Notes: a model not told the origin generated them from the letters alone. Positions 14,701 through 29,025 are shown, counted from the stretch's first letter. The stretch: 64,000 nt of DNA from Chrysomallon squamiferum (GCA_012295275.1 CM022665.1:30504001-30568000); one strand, 5' to 3'. Numbers and translations: made by a program.

Positions 14701-17700
14701 TAGAACTAATTATAAAATATCTCTTCTCTACAGATATTTTTGTTGCCTGCCCGAATAGCACATTCACCTCAGCGTCGGGCAGATACCATTGGACTGGTTA
14801 TTGAGAGAGAACGTGCAGAAGATGAACTTGATGGTTTGAGGTTCGTTTAGACTTCTACAAAGACAATACACTGTTTTACTGATTGTCATCTCAAGTCTTA
14901 TAAATTCATGTCAGTATACAGACAGATGTAAATTAAAGATTTTTCAAATAGTTTAAATAATAAAGGACATTTTTTTTTTTTTAATCAATTATTAAGATGT
15001 CAGTTAAGGAAAACCTTATACATAGGTGTGATTTATTGATTTATTTATTTATTTTTCTGTGATGTAATCAAATTTGGGCTTGTTTAATATAATAAATAAA
15101 AGCACTGTCATTAGATATGTTAGGTTTTTGTTAGGTTTTTTTCAGAACCATAATGTTATCAGATTAGAATATTGTTTGATATACACATTTTCATGAATTT
15201 GTTGTATTATCCTCATTACTGTATAAGTAGTAATTAAACATTTTTTTAATTATTATTTTTGGTAATTACATTTATGAAAGGTTATTTTTTAAATATTAAT
15301 AAAAATGCTCTTAATTTATTAAATAAAATGTATATTTTTTTGTAATCCTGTATTTCTACTTATTTAGTATATTAGATTTGTTTTATCTTTAAAAAGAAAA
15401 ACCTTAATGAATGAAGAATATTTCAGATACTTTGTTGAAAAAGATGGTCATCCCACATTGGAATCCCTGTATGAAAAATGGTTTCATTGTGAAGATCTTG
15501 GAACTCAGTTAGTACCTGTCATCCAGGAGTAAGTGTTATTTGGAATTTTTAATAAATTAACCAGGAAATATATCTTATAGTGATTTCATAGTAGCACATT
15601 TTTCAAATTTTTTTTCAATAATAATTAAAAAAGAAATAATAATAAATTCTCAAATTAAAAATATTAACAAATCTTAAAATAGTTGATACATTATGATGAA
15701 TTAATCTTAAATACTAACAGTGTTACCCATGCAATTATGATATAGCCATAACCAAAACATACCATGAAAAATCTCTAAAGCACTTTATCTAACCTATTCT
15801 ATGATTACTATGTCCTCAGCTCTGCATTACATGGAATACTTTTCAATATTTTAACATTGCTCTTAACAGCAACAATAAAAAACAAAACAAAAACAGATCA
15901 AAACAAAGGTGTATGCATAATTAAATTATATAACAACTTTTATGCAATGCTGATCAAGATACACATAATGGTCATGCCAAAAAAAAAAAAAAAAAAAAAA
16001 AATGGGGAAGCTGGATGGTATTTATTTAATACAGCCCATAGAGTGACAGTGACCCTTATCTTCTGTCTGAACAATCTTTGACACTAATAAATAATATCAG
16101 TAATTATTAATCAAAATTTAATACTTTTTGAATGAGTAATAAATTTGTGACTACAATGTTTGGTTTTTTTAAATTTCTAAAAATTAACATTTTGTTTACA
16201 GGTTTTTTGCATCTGAACAATACAAGACAGGCAAACCAATACCTGGTAAAACTTTTTAATTTATTTATTTGTTTCCATGTACCATAACAAAAACAAACTA
16301 ACAAACCCTATATTTCTTACAATCTACATATGCCTCTTTATTAGTTTATTTTTGTGTGTAGATGTGCCTTATCAATTATCTCATGATAATTAATTTTTTG
16401 GTAATGTTGTATTTTCTAACAGAATCTGGGATTATTATTTTATGTTTTATTTTAAATTCTAGGTACAATTCCTGAAAACCCACCAATAAAACTAAACTTT
16501 GATATCACTGTACAAAGACCCTTCAATCTTCACAAATGGTTGAGAGAAAACAGACAAATAGTACATGAACAAGGCAGCATACAGCTGTGGGGAAATGAAA
16601 ACCAGTTTCAGGTACTTTTTTTGAACTACATTAGAAATCTGGAAAAAAAGATATATATTTTTGAAAAAATAATAAAAATGCGAACTTGTTACTGGCATTT
16701 GTTTTACTAAATGAGAATGTGTATTGATAATGGTTTTACCAATGTAAAATTATTTAAAAACAATTTTGTTTTTTCTCTTTATTTTTCCTCCTACTACTTA
16801 TTGATTTAAAAAAAATAAAATAAAAATAAAAAATAGAAACAAAAACAAAAAGTTAAATATTTGTTAAAATAACCTTTTTAACATTGTATGATATAAATTA
16901 GGTTTTATTTTATTTCACAGGACTAATATGTAACACATGCATGTACCATATTTATTAGATTTTCATATTTACATTGTGACATGTATTATTTACTATTGGT
17001 TATCTTTTAAAAGCATTTTATTTCAGGTTTTCATATGTGGCAAAGGAAACCACTCTGGACAAAATGATACTGCTGAAACATTTATTTGGCAGCTAGTAAG
17101 TATTATTATTATTATTATTTATTATTTCCACCTTAATGAAAACTTTTGCATATGGATGTAAATTTTCATTTTTATTTTATATGAATGACATATAGATTTT
17201 CCAAACAGGATACAAACTTCTCAAATAATAATAATAAAAAAAGACCAATTTACCTTTGATAATATCTAAAAATTATTTTGTTTGTTTATGGTAATTAGTT
17301 AATTTTATTATTTTGTGCTGAAATTGCTACTGAACTGTGACATCAGTAAACAAAAATATTATTCTGTCACGGTAAGTGCATTGTTATTACAATGTTTGAC
17401 ACTATTAACATTTGTAAGTGTTGTGAACAAGTCACCACAATTTCTGGTTATTATTATTATAATATTATTATATATTTTTTAATTGATACTGGCACCATGA
17501 ACAGATTCAGGAATTCAGAAACAGGTGTCATCAGTAAACAGCATGTGAATTTCAGGATGAAATGAGTTTCATTAAAAATAAAAAAAATAACAGCATATGG
17601 TGATCAGCAGATTTTTGAAAGATCGTCTTTATTCTTCTTATTATTTGTAATATGTATTTTAAATTTAAATTATTTGTTATTCTTATCAAAATAAATTAAT

Positions 17701-18807
17701 ATATTTATGCAGTAATCATGGAATGTCTAAATCAGGATGCAGAGAATAGCTAGCTATATGCTGTACATTTGGTTTCAGGAAGGCACTGCTTCTGTTGAAG
17801 TTGTAGGAGAGAGTTATACACTCAATGTAAATGATACTATGCTTGTGAAAACTGGTAAAAGGTATTCCTTTATTTATTATTTACTTGCATATATTATTAT
17901 TATTATTATTATTATTATTACAAATAATATTATTGTTATTATTAATGCTATAAGGATTTATGCAAAGGGGTGAAATGGGTGAAATAATTGCCCTTTTGTA
18001 CTAAACTTCACCTTAATTTTCTTAAGTTGCTCAACTGTGAGAATAGCTGCAAAACGTGCATTGCTTTACTGTAGTGATTAGAGACTGACAATAAACACAG
18101 TTTCAAATTGTATACAAATAACTGTACATAATTACATGTACCATAAAGATTACAATTAACAAACCAACATAAGTACAGGTCAGAGACTAAAGAAAGCAGG
18201 CTGCAAGTAACTGTAAACAAATATTAGTACAAAATTTGTGTTAAATAATTTTACATGAGTATGTGTAAAATATTTGATTAAAGGTGCTGTTTATTAGAAA
18301 GAGAATACTGGTGTATAGATGTAGATATATTTAATTTTATGTTTGTGACAATGGCTTCATTATGTCGTATTACCTCATTTTGAGTTCACATAACTTCACT
18401 TCTGACTAAAGTTCCTCACTTCACCTTAATGTGCATGGAGGGAGTAGTCACTTCTCCCTATTTTCCTAGCCTAGCTTATACCCAGATGTTATTAATATTA
18501 CTGATAGAATTATCTTTGTTGTTATTGTTGTAATTATTATTAATATTGTTGTTATTGATTAAATTATGAATTTTTATACTATTATTATCATTCTTATTAT
18601 TGTTATGATTATTATTAGGTATCATTAATATTATTATTATTATATGTAGTTGTTATTGTTATTATTGACAGAATTATCATGCTTGTTATTGCTATTATTG
18701 TTATTATTATTATTAATTTATTTTCTATTTTCAGTTACACAGTCAGTCTATCTAACAAATCAATTGCACTGATTTGCTACCAGGATGCCTCTCGAAAGGA
18801 TTCATAA
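11707..18807 (+). CDS. HAAO: 3-hydroxyanthranilate 3,4-dioxygenase (kynurenine pathway, de novo NAD+), 10 exons, 291 aa
   Basis: Exons 11707-11789, 13170-13251, 14188-14271, 14734-14840, 15427-15528, 16202-16245, 16463-16611, 17027-17095, 17779-17861 and 18735-18807 total 876 nt, are all GT-AG and stay in phase. Hallmark motifs: [80 protein letters not shown]. The C-terminal second cupin of animal-type HAAO is present. Confidence 0.97.
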
Positions 18808-19467
18808 AAAAAAAGAAAATGGGAATCAAACATTTGTCAGTGGAAATCTATTACATTTCTAAGTCAAATCAAAATTATTGAAATCATTAATACTCTTATA
18901 TATAACTCATATTTTAGTGTTTTTTGGGTTTTTTTTAGATCAATTTCAAAACATTTCCATTTCACTGTTAAAGTATATATATTTTTAAATATATAAATGC
19001 ATGAATTAATGAAAGATTTTATGCAAGTTATTTTGTTCATTTGTATCATATACAAAAAAGAACTTAATGACAACAATAATAATGAAATATTTTAAATATG
19101 TGTGTGTGTGTGTGTGTGTAAATATATAAAGTGTATAAAATATATATATAAAAAAATAAATAAATAAATACAAATCTTCAAAACCAAAAAAATAAAAATA
19201 AATAAATAAAATGTAAATTTGAATCAAATCTTAATTATATTTCTGTACATTTTGAAAGTCAAATCTTATAATGAAAAAAAAGGTAAAAAGAAAAAGAAAT
19301 TTGCAGTCATTATATTTGGGAAAGTCTTCAATGAAGATTCCAAAAGTGTTATTACAAACAGGCAGGTAATATTTTCAAAAGTTATTTTAAGTAAAGTTTC
19401 ATGAACATAACATTTTTGTAACAACCATAAATCTATAATGAACATAGAGGTTAACAGATTTACAGTG

Positions 19468-19585
19468 TATTGTTTTGTTTGATATCTTATTAGAACACAA
19501 TTTGTTTCATATTTATAGACTGAAGTTTAATCTCTACTCTAATTATACACATTTGTTTCTAATAAGAGATCAAGCAAAGCAATAA
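19468..19585. repeat. Inverted repeat (hairpin or MITE remnant) downstream of the HAAO stop codon
   Basis: tattgttttgtttgatatcttattagaac pairs with gtttctaataagagatcaagcaaagcaata; arms about 30 bp with few mismatches. Confidence 0.7.
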
Positions 19586-21084
19586 AATTTTACTACATAA
19601 TTCTTTGTTAAAAGGTCACACTGAGTTATCTCAACTTTATAGATTATCCTGAAGCATTTAAAAAAATATTTTTTTTTTTTTACTGAATTCATATGAGGGT
19701 GGGAAATAATTAAGGTACAAACAGCACTGAATGTTTTCAAATTAATATTTTAATAAATAAATAAATAAATTAAGTTTAAAGTGGCAAAAATGTAATGTAA
19801 AGGCCAGTATCATAAACTGTAGTTTTTAAATAACTGACAGTTATTATACTCTTCATTCAAGAAATACATGTTTAACATCTTCTGTAACAAAAACTTTAAA
19901 TATACTGAAACTGCAGCCAAAAGTTTGTATATTTTTTAATGACAGTTATTTTTAAACTTTATTTAGTGTTCAAGATGTATTTTATATTTAAAAACAAACT
20001 AACAATACTAAAAAAAATACCCTCCAACAAAATACAGTGTGATTTATAGTGTTTATCTACATGTATATATTTTTAGATCCAAACATAATTTTATCACTAT
20101 TTTATATTTTTAAGAGTATTTAAATGCTTTTATTTATTTAATATTTTTGTTGGTTTTTATTTTTGGTGTTTTTAAAATATATTTTATGACACATTTTTAT
20201 CTATTAATGCTCAGATTTTGTTCAGTATTTTATTTACAGTTTCATGAGGCAGTATTGGAAATTTTAGGAGCTGGATCATGTAGGGATATGACTTCTTACA
20301 TCCACATCTCACATTTATTTTAACTTTATATACTAATAATTATTTTTACTTTTTCTCCATAATTATACCAATTAAAAATATCTATTATTGGAAAGGTACT
20401 GGAAACATTTACAACAGTTATTAGAAGTACATATATATTTAATAATAATACTTTTATGTTTTATTAAGGTTTCATGATATATTATTTCATAAACATTTCC
20501 ATCACTGTTTTGAAGTTACATATATTATTATTAAAAATAAAGTAATGAATGCAATATAAATGGTGTTTATGCAACATTAAAGCTTGTGTTTGTATATATA
20601 TTACATATAGCAAAAATACATATAGTGTCTCAGTTTGTTTCATGTGATTAAATTTTAAACCCTCATTTCCCAAAAGAAAAAGATATTGCAGCAAATTTGT
20701 GTTTCACATCTGTACTCTATTGTTTTTAATTAAAAAAAATGTTCTTAAGTAAAATGAACCTGAAAATATTTACAGTTATTTTATAATGTGAACTTAACAG
20801 GGTTGTGTATAATTTAAAAAATAGATAACTCTAATTTACAATTTATCAATGTGTTAAAATGCCCATAAAATATATTAGTTGCTTTTTACATGCAGAAAAT
20901 GCAAGCTGGTTTGGATAAATTTATCTTATTTATTTTTGTTCTCATTTTTAATTAAAATAGTACTTTAAAAAGTAATAAATAAATAATTTTTTCTTTTTTT
21001 TTCTTCTTTTTTTTTGGAGTGTGCCAAAACCAGAAATAATTCTATGAAAATTTTTCTCTCATGCTACATGGGCTTAATACAATC

Positions 21085-21160
21085 TATTATTATTATTATT
21101 ATAATACATGTTTTTCTTCTTATTATTATTATATGTATTATTATTGTTGTTATTTTTATT

Positions 21161-21191
<31 letters not shown>

Positions 21192-21225
21192 TTATTATTA
21201 CATGTATTATTATGATTATTATTAT
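21085..21225. repeat. Degenerate (ATT)n microsatellite
   Basis: This run produces the poly-Ile and poly-Tyr ORFs in the track. Confidence 0.9.
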
Positions 21226-22499
21226 ATCTACTATAGTACTATGTTGTTATGCTGTTGTTATTTCATAAATATTTTAAAGAAATCACAAAACAAATACTAA
21301 TTCATTATGTAACCATTTTTAAAATATTGTAAAATGTATTTTTTGTAAGTGTGCCATACCTTGTAGGTATGATGTAGGTTCACTACTTACATTTTTGTAG
21401 TGCATCTAACAATTACCATTCTCTTAATCCATTCAAAAGTCCAGATTTAAAACAAATGGCTTTTTTATTCATAGAGTTTGGTCAGGTTGTTTTTGAAATG
21501 TTTGCAATAGGCATAACAGGGTAAAAATATTTTATTGAATTATTCAGTATGTTTGAGAATAAATATATTACATTGTATTAATTTGTGTTTGAATGTTTAT
21601 TCTGAGATGATAACATATATTTAACTCTTCATATTCTCAATATTAGCAGGACCAGTCTACTTAATCATTCATGTTTGTGATGAAATAGCTTATTAAGTTG
21701 TATTACAGATTAATTAAAAAGGCTTTCAGTTTTTTTAGGCTTTTCAGATAGACCATTAATTATTTTATTTTCCATGTATGAAAAAGATTTAAACAATAAT
21801 GGAATAGACGGTTTACAAGTCAAATATCATTCTACAATAATAAGGCTCTTCCAGAAAAAAAGAAAATCCTGTTTCAATTTGTCACCCATCATATATTGAA
21901 TTATAGCATCATCAAAGAGTAATATTTTGCAATAAACAATATTGTTCTTCCAGTTACTTTGTTGTTATCACTGGTAGTTAAAATGATGAATTCAGATTTA
22001 AAATATGCAGCAATTGAAGCTTCCAGAGACTCTGAAGCCATGTTTCCACACAATATTTTCTTTTCATTCTAGAAAATGTATTAAAAATGATTCATTCTTC
22101 TCCTTTTAAAAAACAATTAAAACGTTTTTTATTCCTGATTAATATTACAGTCTGTATAATCTTGTAAAATCAATGTTTTCTGGTTTGTTGTTTCTTTTTT
22201 TTTTTCTTTTCTTTTTTATGGGGGGCTGAGGATTATGGACTGGCAGATTTGTTAAAAACAAATTTATTATTCATAATGTATCCAAAGAATTATTTTAAAA
22301 ATAAATTTAATGTTATATCATACTTTAACATTATTAAAAATATTTTTTAAATATTTAATGTGTATTGCATTATTACTCTTAAAGATACTAAATCCAAACT
22401 TTTGTCTAATTAACACATCTTTTCTTATTAAATTTAATAATTAATTTTCTTTTTATACATTAGATGTGTGTCTACAGTTCAATTATTATTTATTATTAC

Positions 22500-22544
<45 letters not shown>

Positions 22545-23214
22545 TTACATTATAGCTACATGAAAACAATCTTTAAAATTTGTCAGATTAAGTTTGTTCA
22601 TCTCCATTATGATAAATAAATAAATGTATCCATCAGCTAATAAAATCACATTTCTAAATATCAAATTTTCATTTTAATAAATGCTGCCTTTAAATACCTT
22701 ATGAGTATTTTGGGAATATCTTTGTAAATATTTACTGGACAATAAGTGTACAGAATTTCAAAATAAATTTACACAAGTGATTATAGCTCATTTACTTTAC
22801 TGACTAATTTTTCAAGATAACATAAGGCAAAGTTGTATATCATAATAATATTTTGCCACTTCCTATGTGAAAACAGTATATCTTTCAAAAGAACATTTTA
22901 GCTGTTACTAAGGGACTACAGTGGTGTTGATAAATACTTTATAGATGTCTGAACTCCCAGATTAATCCTTAATAAGCTTTATTTCTGGGAACGTAAATAT
23001 CTCATTCATTCACTTGTATAAATTTGTTTTCTCTTTATAAAGGATTTTTACTGTAAATCCTTAGATCCTGTTAGAGGTTTTGTCTAAGATTTGATAAAGG
23101 TTAGACCTTTTGAGATACAATTATACACATAACTTTTGTCCCTGTTAAGAAAGTCAAGCTCTTGCTCATGATACTGAGTTCATTGAAAATATACTATATG
23201 TATAGTGAACTAAT

Positions 23215-24030
23215 GAAAATGTAGCTAACACAATAGTTAACCAGTAGGAATGTAGTATCACAACACTTAACCTGTCAGAATGTAGATACATCAATAGTTA
23301 ACCTGTCACAATGTACTATCACAATAGTTAATCTGTCAAAATGTAGATATATCAATAGTTAACCTGTCACAATGTACTATCACAATAGTTAATCTGTCAA
23401 AATGTAGATATATCAATAGTTAACATGTCAGAATGTAGTATCACAACAGATAACCTGTCAAAATGTAGATGTATCAATAGTTAACCAATCAGAATGTAGT
23501 TTCACAACAGTTAACCTGTCAGAATGTAGTATCACAACAGATAACCTGTCAAAATGTAGATATATTAATAGTTAACCAATCAGAATGTAGTTTCACAACA
23601 GATAACCTGTCAAAATGTAGATATATCAATAGTTAACCAATCAGAATGTAGTATCACAACAGATAACCTGTCAAAATGTAGATATATCAATAGTTAACCA
23701 ATCAGAATGTAGATATATCAATAGTAGATATATCAAGTTAACCAATCAGAATGTAGTATCACAACAGATAACCTGTCAGAATGTAGATATATCAACAATT
23801 AACCTGTCAGAATGTAGATATCTCAATAGTTAACCTGTCAGAATGTACTATCACAACAGATAACCTGTCAAAATGTAGATATATCAATAGTTAGCCTGTC
23901 AGAATGTAGTATCACAATAGATAACCTATCAAAATGTAGATATATCAATAGTTAACCTGTCAGAATGTAGATATATCAATAGTTAACCAATCAGAATGTA
24001 GCTATCACAGTAATTAGCCAATCAGAATTC
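23215..24030. repeat. 30-bp minisatellite, about 27 copies, with partial 60-bp dimer structure
   Basis: Unit approximately aatgtagatatatcaatagttaacctgtca, alternating with aatgtagtatcacaacagataacctgtca. It lies between the convergent 3' ends of HAAO and the coiled-coil gene. Confidence 0.95.
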
Positions 24031-24562
24031 AGCCAAGAAAAACCATATTGCGGTACACCAAATAGTGTGAAGGAGAGACAGGTTCTGCTGTCTGTCTTAC
24101 ATAAATAATAAATTAAGGTAATAGAAATTTTGGTCAGTGTCATAGTATCCTGTTATATATTGGTACAGCTTTTTTTCTCATTTGTGATGTCTTGAACTCT
24201 GATTATAAAGCTTGTAAAATAACAGTAAATGTATGAAAAACAATTGGATGTAAACTGAATTGGATGTAGGTGTCTGATGCCTAATGATTGATGAAAAAAT
24301 TAAGAATTATTTCATTAACTTGTGGTTAAATTTTTGACAAACAATTAATTAATAAACAATCAGAAGGTTTGTAACAGCATGTGCTTTATACATTTTAAAA
24401 GCTGAAGAGGTTTTCTGAATAAAACAAAATAAAACAAAATAAAACCACCAAGGTATTAATAAATTATTTATTCACTATGTACATATTTACATACATCTAA
24501 ATTTGTAAAAATTTATATAAAAACAAAAAAACAACAAACTAATGACATCATTTTAAGGCTCT

Positions 24563-24689
24563 TAACCTCTTTGTGCCATCTTATGGTATCTATTATAACT
24601 CAATTTTATGACCATAAAACCAGTTATTGTAGATATAGAAGTAAAAATCATGACCAAATAGTGGTTACTAAATGTTCATAAGAGGTTAA
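24563..24689. mobile_element. Small TTAA-flanked (piggyBac-like) MITE remnant
   Basis: ttaacctctt ... aagaggttaa forms terminal inverted repeats bounded by TTAA. Confidence 0.4.
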
Positions 24690-25101
24690 GATTTTAAAAT
24701 CTATTACATTATTATTTTTAAAATAACCTAATTTGCTGTTATCACAGTTTGAATTAAAATACAAAAAAAAAACCAACAAAAGACAATGTTACTTTACACG
24801 CAATATCCTTAATTATCTATAATGTGAATCCTTTCTTTGTTAACAGATGAAAATATATTATAAAAGTATCTAAAAGATGTCTTTACAAAATTCTAAAATA
24901 AAAATATTAATAATTTCATTTTATTAATTTTTCCAAATGAACATTTTAAAAAATAAAGAAGAAAAAGTCTAAATTTAGTAATCCTTCATGATCAAGTAAG
25001 TGTTGTTAAAATTAATTATTTATTTATTCCAGTTGTATTGAGCTTTTAAAAACTAAAGAGGAATAATATTTAGAAATAAAGCTATTTACAATCTATACAT
25101 G

Positions 25102-28100
25102 TTAACATTCAAGATAAGGTTGTAAAGAGAAGTTTGGATCAAATGCTTGTAAAGTATCTTCCATCATTTCAAGCAATTTACTTTGACGGAATATTGTGAA
25201 TTCCATTGACATTATCTGAATAAAAAATATTAAAAATGAATATATATTAATAGTATCTTCATGCAAATTACAAAATGTTTTGTAAAATTATTATTTATTA
25301 ATATGGTTTATTTCATTGTTTAGTTTAAAATCATAAAAGAAATTGCATTTCTACATGATCAGTTTTTATTAGTCAAATTATCTTTTAAGAACTGAATAAT
25401 TTTTTTAATGCAAAATTAAAAATTAAATAAAAAATTACCTTTGTTTCTAAAGAACAAATGTTTGGTGGCAGTCTCGAAGAGTATCTATAGACTTAAAAAA
25501 ATAAAAATTAAAAAATTAGTAATTAACAGCAAATGTTAAAGAATATTATATAATAATAACAAACAAATTAAAAACATTATTTTGAATATTAACAAGGTCT
25601 TTTTTAATAACAGTAAACATTATATCAGTATGTAAAAACAGTATAATGAAATAAATATGATAATAATTATTTAAAAATACCACAGGCATTCATATAATAT
25701 ATAAACTATTCAAATCATGATTGCTGCTTTTAACCACTAAAAGATTAGTTTAACTGAGTTAGGCTGATATAAAGAGTACAGTGTATTTTTTTCTCTTCAA
25801 TATTTATATCCTCTGATTTATTATTTGGTAAAACAAAGCACTCTGAAGACATCTGATACTATAGTTGAATTTACCTGTACTATCCTGCTCTTGGTTATCA
25901 GTTTCTTCTGTTTGTGTTTTAACATTTTTTCTTAAACAATTCTTTGCAAAAATAAAACAAATAAATGAGAAAATAATAATTTTATTTCACTGTTTTTTTT
26001 GTTTTCCACATGATTATTTCAAGATTATTAAATTTGAAAGACTGAAGAAAAAAAAAAAAAAAAACACACAACGCCCCCCCCCATCAACAAATACACCAAA
26101 TGTAAATACAGAAATAAAAATAAAAAACAAAAACAAAACAACAGAAATGTTTTCTGATTTATCCCTTTAATATTTTAAGATTTATCTCAGTTCATTACAA
26201 CACTTAATAAAATCTTGCATGGTGTTTTCAGGCAATATAATGGTAAATCTCAAAAGGTTTAATTGTACAGTTTTTACTATATATAACAAAAGAGTTCTTG
26301 CATAAGGTTTTGTAAAACAATGCTTGTCAAAGTGGTCACTGTAAATTACTTGTCTGATGTGGTCATTTTTGCAGAGCTGTATCTTTAACACACGAGTATA
26401 CTGCTTTAATTAGTTAACAAACATACTTTTTAAAATGTGTCTGATATAACATCTGCTTATAAAATTTGCTGCATGTTCCTTTAAGCATCAAACATATATT
26501 ACTTACAGATACAGATCCTTCATATTGTGAGATTCTTTCTCTAAGACAACGTACACATTCTGAAATATAAGATTTTATAAAATGTTATTCATATACAATT
26601 TCTTTAACAAAAGTAGACAAAATGCAAATAAATAAATATCTAATTCTACTTTATGTGAGTTTCAATAACATTAAAAACTAAACTTTTTTCATTCTCTATA
26701 AATTTAAAAATAAAAACACTTTCTGAAATAGCTAAGTATAAACAAATATTAACTTATTACAATCTTTAAGAAGAAAGCATCATGAAATGTCACAAAAATA
26801 ATGATATTAAAATAATAATAATAATAAGAAGAAGAAGAACAGACTTTACTTTTTTGGACTAGAAAGAATGTTTTATTGATATTAAATAAATAAACCTTTA
26901 AGGTTTCTGTTTTCCAAGCAGTAGCACTGGATCTTCTCACTCAGTTCTATTTCTTTCTGCTTGTGAATATTTTCTATTTCTGCCATGCTCTCTGTAATTT
27001 AATAGAAAATTAATATAACACTTGTCATAAATATAAACATATGGAACCAAACTATACATATTTTTACCAATGCTTTTCCTTGAAATGTTTTGAAACCATT
27101 ATTCATTTATTGAGAGATATTAGTATATCTTTAAAAGTTCTGCTCCATTTCTATGTTGATGTTATAGGCCAACTCTTTAATCCTGCAGCATTATTTACCC
27201 AAAATTTGTCTTATTTTTAATATAATATTGGCAAAATATTTAAAAAAAAAAAAGATATATAATAATAAAAAAAAAAATAATAATAATGATAATGATAATA
27301 ATAAGAAATAATAATAAGAAAAAAAAGGAAAATAGAAGAGTATATTAAATCAAAAGATACTACTTTTGTTTGCTTATTCCATCAAGGTATCAGTACTATA
27401 GTAATGTTTTCAAAACAATGTCTGAGTCTAGGAAACAAAATTCCTCCACATTTACAAATGATTTATGTTATTATTCATTTGACCACAAACCTGCTAATTG
27501 TTGATTCTGAATCTCTAACACTGCCATTTTGTTTTGTAATTTTGTTAGTTTTTTTTGATAGCAATCACTCATTTGTGCCAGTTCATCTGCAATGTATTAA
27601 ATCAAAAGCATAATTTTAATATATGTTTTTCAAATATAACCCCCAACCCTCCACAAAAAACCCACAAAAAACAACAACAAACAAACAAAACAAAACAAAA
27701 TATAGTAATAATAATAATAATAATAATAATCTTTAAATAAAAAGTCAATTGGGAAAATAATCTATGTCACACGTTTTCTCAAGCTTTGTACTGATACAAC
27801 AGAAACAAATCAACTCTGTCAGTTGACTTGTTTCTCTTGTATCAAAATTGTCCATCTAACAAAAATGTGACATGGATTGTTTTTCCTTGACTCTTAAAAT
27901 GTATTATAAAAAATGAACAGTAAAGCTATAAAATGATTTCAAACAGTAATAATATATATAAACAATGACAACAATATTTTTCAAATTATGTGCGTAAATG
28001 ATAAATATATTACAAAATACATTATAAAAAATAATAAAAAAACAATGTTAAATTAATTTATACACTTGTTGGATTGTATAAATGTCTAAATATATTTTGC

Positions 28101-29025
28101 ATGCTTCTCAGTTGTTATATTATTTACAATTAATGGTCAATTTTTGCTAAATAAAAAAATATTACAATTAAATTTTAGAATTATAACAAAATCAATAATA
28201 ATCAGAGGTCCATGCTATATTATTATTATTACTGTTATCATCATAATCATCATTATTATTATTAACCTTTCTGTATAGGACACAGTATAATGATAAATAT
28301 ATAAAATGTCAGCTTCAGCTTATCCTCAATACCTTATTACTATTTTATCACAAATATTGGTCATCAGTTATAAATAAAACAAATACTTGCAAGAATACAT
28401 AAAGAATTTAGGCCATTTGTTCAAAACATCAGATGTTAAACTGTATTATCACACTTTATTAGTAGTAAATATTGGCTATTAGTTACAATAAAACAAATAT
28501 TTGCAAGAATAAATAATGCGTATGTTTAGATTAACTTTAAAATAACTATTGCATACCTTTTACTTTAATCTGAGTCAGCTGTGCTGCTTCATATGCTGCT
28601 TTCATAGCAACTAACAGAGAGAAAAAGTTAAATGAAAATAATTTAAATCTACAGATACAAATGTATTTTAAAATTGTATATTAATATTTACTATGGGTAA
28701 ATGATACAAAACTGTGAGAATAAATATGAATGCTCAGGTTAATACAAGTAATATATTAAAATATCTTAAAGTATTTTGACAAAAATATTAGAAACAAAAG
28801 AGAAAAAAAAACACTATGTCATAAATTCAGACTTGTCTAATTTATTTTTCTTGAAATTATGATTCTTGTATCTATTGTCAACTGATCATCCTTCCATCCA
28901 TTCTTCTTTCTAAATTAAAACTCAAAGCAACATACTCTCCAAACGTTTTTGTTTCCTCTTTTCTTTTCTTGTTTGCAACCAGCTTGTAATAGAATTTGAT
29001 GAATCATCATGACAAAGTGGACATT
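25102..29025 (-). CDS. Uncharacterised coiled-coil protein; 175 aa from the Met at 28605, with the frame open one exon further upstream
   Basis: Phase-consistent GT-AG exons 29025-28936, 28610-28557, 27586-27491, 26991-26896, 26559-26507, 25941-25875, 25491-25439 and 25215-25102. They encode (ECPLCHDDSSNSITSWLQTRKEKRKQKRLEIA)MKAAYEAAQLTQIKVKDELAQMSDCYQKKLTKLQNKMAVLEIQNQQLAESMAEIENIHKQKEIELSEKIQCYCLENRNLKECVRCLRERISQYEGSVSNCLRKNVKTQTEETDNQEQDSTVYRYSSRLPPNICSLETKIMSMEFTIFRQSKLLEMMEDTLQAFDPNFSLQPYLEC*. A probable first exon ends at 29658 (gtaagt donor). Confidence 0.8.
27744..27891. mobile_element. Palindromic MITE-like hairpin (intronic)
   Basis: Outer arms gtcaattgggaaaataatctatgtcaca and tgtgacatggattgtttttccttgac. 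Inner arms tgatacaacagaaacaaatcaact and agttgacttgtttctcttgtatca enclose a 5-nt loop. Confidence 0.75.

Noticed and set aside
21014-21300. Poly-Ile and poly-Tyr ORFs, and similar poly-L/F/CV/HT ORFs at 7880, 8532, 9051, 29303 and 29524
   Set aside because: They arise from microsatellites and have no splice or codon support.
23215-24030. CRISPR-like array with about 30-bp periodicity
   Set aside because: Units are contiguous with no unique spacers, there are no cas genes, and the context is eukaryotic. It is a minisatellite.
28830-28910. Extra purine-rich exon in the coiled-coil gene
   Set aside because: It contains stops in all three frames and would need an intron of about 25 nt.
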